A model generated the notes under the pieces. It saw only the letters and a list, made by a program, of their open reading frames with translations, had not been told where the DNA came from and did no database searches. A DNA stretch of 20,000 nt from an uncultured virus (IMG/VR IMGVR_UViG_3300025132_000002) (taxonomy: Duplodnaviria; Heunggongvirae; Uroviricota; Caudoviricetes), in the IMG/VR virus record IMGVR_UViG_3300025132_000002. One strand, written 5' to 3'. This document shows positions 14,844 through 20,000 of the stretch, piece after piece. The first letter of the stretch is position 1. Each line of letters begins with the position of its first letter. Made by a program: the position numbers and the translations under genes.

Positions 14844-16070
14844 TTACCAATTGGTTGTTGTTTGGCCAAAATTAGCCGAGGGGGAAACCCCTTGCTTTCC
14901 AGCCGACGCCCCTTTAACCGCCTCCATACTGCCCGGCAAGGGGAAACTAAAGGGATCGGCAGAAATTTCTCGCTGGTACCACGCCAGGGCAGCAGCTTGT
15001 TGATACACAGCTCGTATAGCTTGTGTTCTATTTGATGGTTCATGCTTGAAGGGCAAAACCTTAGAAGGTTTAAAGTACTCCCAAACATACATAGCTTGCT
15101 TTCTGGGATCGTACAGGCTTTCATCATTAAAGTGTTGGGCAAACATTTCTACAAGTCTGTCTAAGTCTTCTCTGCCCTTACCCCTGCGAGCCGCAATACC
15201 CGCCATTTTAAGCACTGCCCACATGCTCGCTGGACAATGCCCTGCAACAATACCTTGTTTAGACTTGGTACGGATTGCTTTGTCGGTACCTACAGCATAA
15301 ATAAACGGGGCGAACACACGATTCGGCTGACTGAAGCCGTCAATAAACTTGTGGGGGTTTTGGCCTACATAATACAGCTCTTGAAATAACTCGGTGAGCT
15401 GTTGCTCGGCGGTTCTAGACGGGGCTCTAAGATAGATACCCCGATCTCCCTCTGCGGGACGTACATGGAATACGAAGAATACGTTAACTCCAAGGGTCTC
15501 TGCCTGAGAAAACACATACGGTACATCTGTCTTCAAAGCCAGAAACATAGCCTGAGTATTTACGTTAATATCTTTGTTTGACACGAACCGGTGACTTGCC
15601 TGCTGCGTCTTCATCAGAAGCATAGGCTTCTTGGCATACTTCACCAACGCAGCCTTTTTCTTTTTTGCAAACTCTTCTGCGTCTACGTTCCACCTACGAA
15701 ACGTCTCATCGAGTGCGTGGGTGCACTCGTCAAACACAATAGCATCAAAATCTTTTTGCAGACGCTCGGTTACTTCAGGCTTTCTCAGCTCATCTACAAA
15801 TGCTTCCCAGGCGTCCATATGATAACCAGAAACAGATGGGGGCTGCCAGTTAGTATTACCAGCTTCCGCCTCTTTCTCCCGAATCATATCTACATAGTCA
15901 GACAAAAAGTCTTCGATGTGCGTAAGACTATAACCAATCATAGCTTCAATGGAAGTCATGTGTTTACGCTTGCCTATGTATAAGGTACGCTCGCACGCAC
16001 CAGCAGCCAACACACTCTTTCCTACGTTTTCTTCGCCCATTAACGCAATAGCAATATGCTTATTTGACAC
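14844..16070 (-). CDS. AAA_24/Sak4-like P-loop ATPase
   Basis: GTG 16070 with AGGAG RBS; Walker A GEENVGKS, Walker B AIVFDE, VNVFFVFH strand; between nuclease and SSB-like gene. Confidence 0.75.
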   Translation of the reverse strand: MSNKHIAIALMGEENVGKSVLAAGACERTLYIGKRKHMTSIEAMIGYSLTHIEDFLSDYVDMIREKEAEAGNTNWQPPSVSGYHMDAWEAFVDELRKPEVTERLQKDFDAIVFDECTHALDETFRRWNVDAEEFAKKKKAALVKYAKKPMLLMKTQQASHRFVSNKDINVNTQAMFLALKTDVPYVFSQAETLGVNVFFVFHVRPAEGDRGIYLRAPSRTAEQQLTELFQELYYVGQNPHKFIDGFSQPNRVFAPFIYAVGTDKAIRTKSKQGIVAGHCPASMWAVLKMAGIAARRGKGREDLDRLVEMFAQHFNDESLYDPRKQAMYVWEYFKPSKVLPFKHEPSNRTQAIRAVYQQAAALAWYQREISADPFSFPLPGSMEAVKGASAGKQGVSPSANFGQTTTNW

Positions 16071-16085
16071 CAATAACTCCTACAA

Positions 16086-17108
16086 TCAGAAAGGTAAATC
16101 TTCACCATGATGACAATGCTTGAAGTAACGACACGACCAACCCTCTTTGTTCTTATAGGTTGTAATGCAGTTACCACCAACTTCAAGGGCGCCCGTCATG
16201 GGCCACCCTTCTCGACCTATGTAGCCCGCCGCCTCTGCGGAGTCAAGGCGTGCGATGGTCTCGGCAGCGTTTAAAATAAGGTAAGGAAGGGCATTTGCAC
16301 GATTTTGAGAATAGCGCAAAGGAGTTACCTTAACTTTACCTGGGGACGAAGGGTTTACGCTAATACCATGAATGTCCACAGACTTCACGGCTCCCCGCCA
16401 TTTTTGTAGGGACAAGGACCAGATTGCAGTAAAGCCCATGTCAACGTTATACTTGTTAGGATCTGAGTATATGTAGTTCTGATGCTTATGGTCTATCACT
16501 GTTACGAAACCCGCATTGTCGGCTGACACTAAGTCAAGTCTGCGGGAAAGATAAATAGGCTTTTTGTGAAGCTTAGAGCCTTCCATATCCAATAGTGTGA
16601 GCTTTATTTTTTCCCCGTTACTCGAAGGCAGCTCGGTTACTTCTTCATCTAACTCATCCCAGGCGTCTTCTCGGACTAACCAGTAGCCAAACTTGCCGCG
16701 CTTCTTACCCAGTACCCCTACCAGCTCACACTCAACCATTATCTGACGGTCAATGATCGGCGGGCTTAGTTTATAGTTCTGGTAAGCTGTGATAATCTTT
16801 TCCGCAAAAGGCTCGTGATCGGGCTCTTTCTCACAATGATCCTTCACAGCATCTTCAGGTGATAGAAACAAATCTGTGTTATCATACATTTCGCCGTTAA
16901 CTAACACGCTACCGTAGTTTTCAATGGCTTCTATTGTATGGTGGTGCGCTTGAATATCGTGGCCCAGGGTGCCTGTTAATAGCGGCGCTATTGGAGGCAT
17001 GTTCTTTTTATCTCTATCCAGACGTGCCATGTACGCACATTGCAGCACAGGAGAATAGTAAGACCACCCTCTACGAGATTTGCCGGCGTCAATGCGCATC
17101 TTGTTCAT
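16086..17108 (-). CDS. Cas4/AddB-like PD-(D/E)XK exonuclease
   Basis: N-terminal Cys (LQCAY), GTLGH, VE, RLDLV, VIDHK and three C-terminal cysteines (NC...SCRYFKHC), consistent with an Fe-S staple. Confidence 0.8.
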   Translation of the reverse strand: MNKMRIDAGKSRRGWSYYSPVLQCAYMARLDRDKKNMPPIAPLLTGTLGHDIQAHHHTIEAIENYGSVLVNGEMYDNTDLFLSPEDAVKDHCEKEPDHEPFAEKIITAYQNYKLSPPIIDRQIMVECELVGVLGKKRGKFGYWLVREDAWDELDEEVTELPSSNGEKIKLTLLDMEGSKLHKKPIYLSRRLDLVSADNAGFVTVIDHKHQNYIYSDPNKYNVDMGFTAIWSLSLQKWRGAVKSVDIHGISVNPSSPGKVKVTPLRYSQNRANALPYLILNAAETIARLDSAEAAGYIGREGWPMTGALEVGGNCITTYKNKEGWSCRYFKHCHHGEDLPF

Positions 17109-17168
17109 AATACTTCCAATAACGGGGTTTAGCCCCTACCATAACGTAGTTACCAATATGCCGCAAGC

Positions 17169-19061
17169 CTAAAAGCAAAAAGAGAGTAGCGAGTCTATAG
17201 CATCATCAACTGATGCCTCTTCTTCTTGCAAAGCGTTTAAAATACTCTGGAAAGAATCGGACTTAATAAAGTCTCTGTAAAACTCAACCCCCTTACTAAG
17301 CTCTCTTAACTGGCTCTCCATGTGGGTACCTTCCACCAAGCAAACTTCTGTGCGGTGCCTAACCTTTCTGCCTTTCCTGTCCCACCTGAATCTAATCTGG
17401 TCGAATACAGCAGACTTTAGTATTAGTGTAATGATACCTAAAGTTGTTTGCTGCAAGCCGTCAACACCTCGTCCTGAAGACTGCCAAGTAGATACGATGA
17501 TACCGCCGTAGGGGTTAGTAGAATACTCTTCGATTACTGCGTACTTTTCTTCGGGAGTCATGGACTCACCCGTTACACAATATACCCCAGGCTTAGGCGC
17601 ACCTTTGTCCAACTTCTTAACTAAGGCCAAGTTAATCGCCTTAACCCAAGCATCAGCCTGAAACAGTCTACCAACCATTATATTACAGCGCCCACCTGAT
17701 ACCGCTTCCTCTACAGCTTTTTGCACTACTACCTTTCGGGCAAGCTCGCAGATATACGCCTCTCTCAGCTCATGCGCTGGAGGTAGATTCGGGTCTTTAC
17801 TTGCATTTCTAATCGCTTGGTTATAGGTATACTTATCATTGTAGCGCAGACCTGATTGTTGATCTTCCTTACGAATGACGAGCAAACCATACGAAATGGG
17901 CGGTAAATCCGCGAGGGCTTCTTCATACGTTACCCGGTGCATAAAGTGCAAGGTGCGCCATTTCAGCTCAGGTACATTTGTAGCTTTGGTAAATACCAAA
18001 CCCCACTCACCTTGTTTGCCCCCGCAGTAACGGCCCCTGTACTGATAAGATCCCAAACCAAAAGAAGCAGGCATAACCAAGTTAGCAACAGCCCAGAACG
18101 ACTCTGGCACACCCCGAGCAAACGGTGTAGCTGTCAGCCCTAAACAAAGCCTAACCGATTCAAGCTCACTTAACTCCTGAGCAGAAACGCCCCGCTTCTT
18201 ACGCCCTGTCTTTTCAGACCTAAGCTTTTTGAAGTTGTAACTACCTTTCTTGTCGATAGTAGCTTTGACTTTCTTTTCTGTGGCGATCACATCTACTTCA
18301 TCAAAGATGATGCAGGTAGGCTTAACAGACTTAATGATGTCAGCCCAGTACGAAAGATACTCGTGGCCCACTACTATTCTAATCGGCTTATCGTTTATCC
18401 TACAATCTTGTATGTAGTTTACTAAGTGGTCGGGGCCTACGCCCTTTGACTTAGGCATACACATAAATGCCGGCTCGCCGGTTGCCTCTTCTACAACACA
18501 AGCCACATTCGATTCTTTCGCCCAGCCGGGCCTAACGCCTGATGGCACTACGTATACTTTAGGCCCCGGCACAAGCTCAGCCGCTACAATAGCCGCGAGG
18601 GTTTTGCCACTTCCGCCGATCCAGTTCAACAGCAAACGAGTCCAACCGCTTGTGACTAATCCCGCTAACTCTGCTTGGTACGAAGCAAAATCTTTAGCCC
18701 AGCTATCTTTAACTGTAGGGCACACCGCAATATGCTCTCTGCCCTTTGCCTCAAACACATACTTGTCTTCTTTAGTTTGAGGCAAATCACCAGGGTGCCT
18801 AAAATCATTAACAGTTACGTTGCAATCAATCTTCTTAGCCGCCAGCCAGCGCTCAACATATTTCATACCGTTTAGAGGCACGCATATTGTAGAGGTGTCG
18901 GGCATGATCGACCCTCTTTTCCATGTACTTTGTCCTTTTATGTAGTCAAATCCTGCCCCATACACTAAGGCCCCAGGAACAGCCTGCATCACTGGTGCCA
19001 CCATCAGGGCTGGGGCACGGACATTGAAAAGCGCGTGAGGAAATCTAACGGGCAAAAACAT
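17169..19061 (-). CDS. SNF2-like superfamily 2 helicase
   Basis: YQ, GGSGKT, IIFDEVD, LTATP, SSGRGVDGLQ, QIRFRWDRKG; ATG at 19061 with GGAG upstream (track uses GTG 19091). Confidence 0.85.
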   Translation of the reverse strand: MFLPVRFPHALFNVRAPALMVAPVMQAVPGALVYGAGFDYIKGQSTWKRGSIMPDTSTICVPLNGMKYVERWLAAKKIDCNVTVNDFRHPGDLPQTKEDKYVFEAKGREHIAVCPTVKDSWAKDFASYQAELAGLVTSGWTRLLLNWIGGSGKTLAAIVAAELVPGPKVYVVPSGVRPGWAKESNVACVVEEATGEPAFMCMPKSKGVGPDHLVNYIQDCRINDKPIRIVVGHEYLSYWADIIKSVKPTCIIFDEVDVIATEKKVKATIDKKGSYNFKKLRSEKTGRKKRGVSAQELSELESVRLCLGLTATPFARGVPESFWAVANLVMPASFGLGSYQYRGRYCGGKQGEWGLVFTKATNVPELKWRTLHFMHRVTYEEALADLPPISYGLLVIRKEDQQSGLRYNDKYTYNQAIRNASKDPNLPPAHELREAYICELARKVVVQKAVEEAVSGGRCNIMVGRLFQADAWVKAINLALVKKLDKGAPKPGVYCVTGESMTPEEKYAVIEEYSTNPYGGIIVSTWQSSGRGVDGLQQTTLGIITLILKSAVFDQIRFRWDRKGRKVRHRTEVCLVEGTHMESQLRELSKGVEFYRDFIKSDSFQSILNALQEEEASVDDAIDSLLSFCF

Positions 19062-19133
19062 GGATCGTGGGCTCCCCTGGAGTATGGACACCCCGTAGGT
19101 AGCGGGTTAGGAGGGCCGATGCAAGGAGTTTAC

Positions 19134-20000
19134 ATGGACTTTTTCGGAAAAGTGAATAAGCTTGGTACAAAACAAGAAGCGGTTAGTTTTTATGATGAAT
19201 TAGTTGGTGACCCTAATATAGCCGTTGAGTACGCGGCAAGAAATCCTGGCAAGTTTCGTCAGGCAATGATTTATTGGACTAACTTAGCAGGGTACGGCTA
19301 TAAGCAAAAGTTTCAAGAACTAGAAAAACTAGTAGAGTCTTTAGCGGAGCCTTTGGCCGAGCACCTATTATTGAAAACGCCCACAGTTAATGTGGTGGAG
19401 TGTCTAAGTAACCTGCCTTCAGAAAGGCTGACACCTAAATCTGTACTCAACAAACTTAAAGTGCCTCGGGGTTTCATACTAAAGAATCGTGGTGTATTCA
19501 AACAAGTACAGCGCGGAGATGAAATTATGGAGGTGCCGGTTCTACCCGATCCGGTTCTTATAGTCGGTACGGCCCGACAAAATAAAGAGAACGTCCGTTA
19601 CTTGTATCTGGTATTCCGCGATGTCTCAATGAGATGGATTAAGATACTTATCACCCTTGAAGATATTGGAAGCCACCACAGACTGTTAGCTTTGGCCAAG
19701 TACGGCTTAGGTATTCATAACGACAACAAGCAAAAAGTTATGAAGTATCTGACCGAGTTCTGGAACATTAACCGTTACGACTTGCCCTCTTTCGAAGTAA
19801 CAGGCAGCATGGGCTGGACCGCAGATGGACGGTTCGTATGGCCGGATGAAGTCATGGCTACCCGAGAGCATGACTCTAAAATATTGTTCGAGCCCAAAAC
19901 CGGGTTTGAACGTCAGATGAAAGCATTTAAAAAGAAAGGCTCCTGGCCCGATACAATGCGAATATTAGAGGTTGTGCGTAAGTACGAAATACCCATGTTT
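19134..20000 (+). CDS. DUF927-domain (Cch-like) helicase, 3'-truncated; not in ORF track
   Basis: Open from ATG 19134 (AAGGAG RBS; in-frame ATG 19119 has GGAGG) to the window end, 289 codons: VPRGFILKNRGVF...PVLIVG...LALAKYGL...MKYL...SMGWTADGRFVWP...KKGSW, matching the DUF927 pattern as I recall it. Confidence 0.75.
   Translation, partial: MDFFGKVNKLGTKQEAVSFYDELVGDPNIAVEYAARNPGKFRQAMIYWTNLAGYGYKQKFQELEKLVESLAEPLAEHLLLKTPTVNVVECLSNLPSERLTPKSVLNKLKVPRGFILKNRGVFKQVQRGDEIMEVPVLPDPVLIVGTARQNKENVRYLYLVFRDVSMRWIKILITLEDIGSHHRLLALAKYGLGIHNDNKQKVMKYLTEFWNINRYDLPSFEVTGSMGWTADGRFVWPDEVMATREHDSKILFEPKTGFERQMKAFKKKGSWPDTMRILEVVRKYEIPMF

Larger units (their letters stand above)
1..20000. mobile_element. 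Bacteriophage genome segment (virion/lysis arm converging on a replication arm)
   Basis: Dense genes with ATGA/TAATG overlaps; phage-type helicase-nuclease-AAA-SSB-PolA module; NlpC/P60 lysin; no cellular housekeeping context, integrase or att site seen. Confidence 0.92.

Noticed and set aside
14338..15003. 221-aa + strand ORF, and other antisense ORFs such as 837-1286, 7255-7623, 8927-9442, 10993-11415 and 15591-15983
   Set aside because: They lie opposite well-supported genes, have no recognisable motifs, and look like antisense shadows.
14819..15142. 107-aa same-strand ORF nested in the AAA ATPase 3' end
   Set aside because: Almost fully overlaps a motif-bearing gene in another frame; no recognisable features.
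16086..17108. Cas4-like gene as evidence of a CRISPR-Cas locus
   Set aside because: No repeat-spacer array or other cas genes seen; solo Cas4-like nucleases are common in phage replication modules.
17124..17136. GGGG...CCCC mini-hairpin between helicase and nuclease
   Set aside because: Only a 4-bp stem on the transcribed strand and no U-tract; too weak to call a terminator.
19313..19501. 62-aa - strand ORF from the track
   Set aside because: Antisense to the longer, RBS-supported DUF927-like frame starting at 19134.
1..20000. Stop-codon reassignment, tRNA/rRNA genes, tandem repeats
   Set aside because: TAA, TAG and TGA all end genes that tile the window under the standard code; no RNA genes or repeat arrays were apparent by eye (no scan was run).

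Overview
The window looks like a piece of a tailed dsDNA phage genome with three transcription blocks; no integrase or host genes are visible. (1) A + strand virion/lysis arm (1-6707): the C-terminal part of a large internal-virion-type protein, two tandem paralogous beta-rich proteins, a fibre-like protein, small proteins and an NlpC/P60 peptidase. (2) A - strand replication/nucleotide-metabolism arm (6708-19061), in transcription order: SNF2-like helicase, Cas4-like PD-(D/E)XK nuclease, AAA_24/Sak4-like ATPase, SSB-like protein, two unknowns, a family A DNA polymerase fused to a family-4 uracil-DNA-glycosylase-like domain, an unknown, a SpeD-family pyruvoyl decarboxylase, a Rad50/SbcC-like ATPase and a MazG-like protein. 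(3) A divergent + strand DUF927-type helicase that runs off the right edge and is missing from the ORF track. The most unusual signal is the polymerase: both catalytic aspartates and all three exonuclease motifs are intact, but the steric-gate Glu of motif A is His (DVNQAHLF), the Q849-equivalent is Leu, and the UDG domain keeps its Fe-S cysteines while losing its uracil-recognition residues. With the adjacent speD-like and MazG-like genes and no primase in view, this may indicate a non-standard-nucleotide or self-priming replication system; that is inference. All family calls come from reading motifs by eye; no searches were run.
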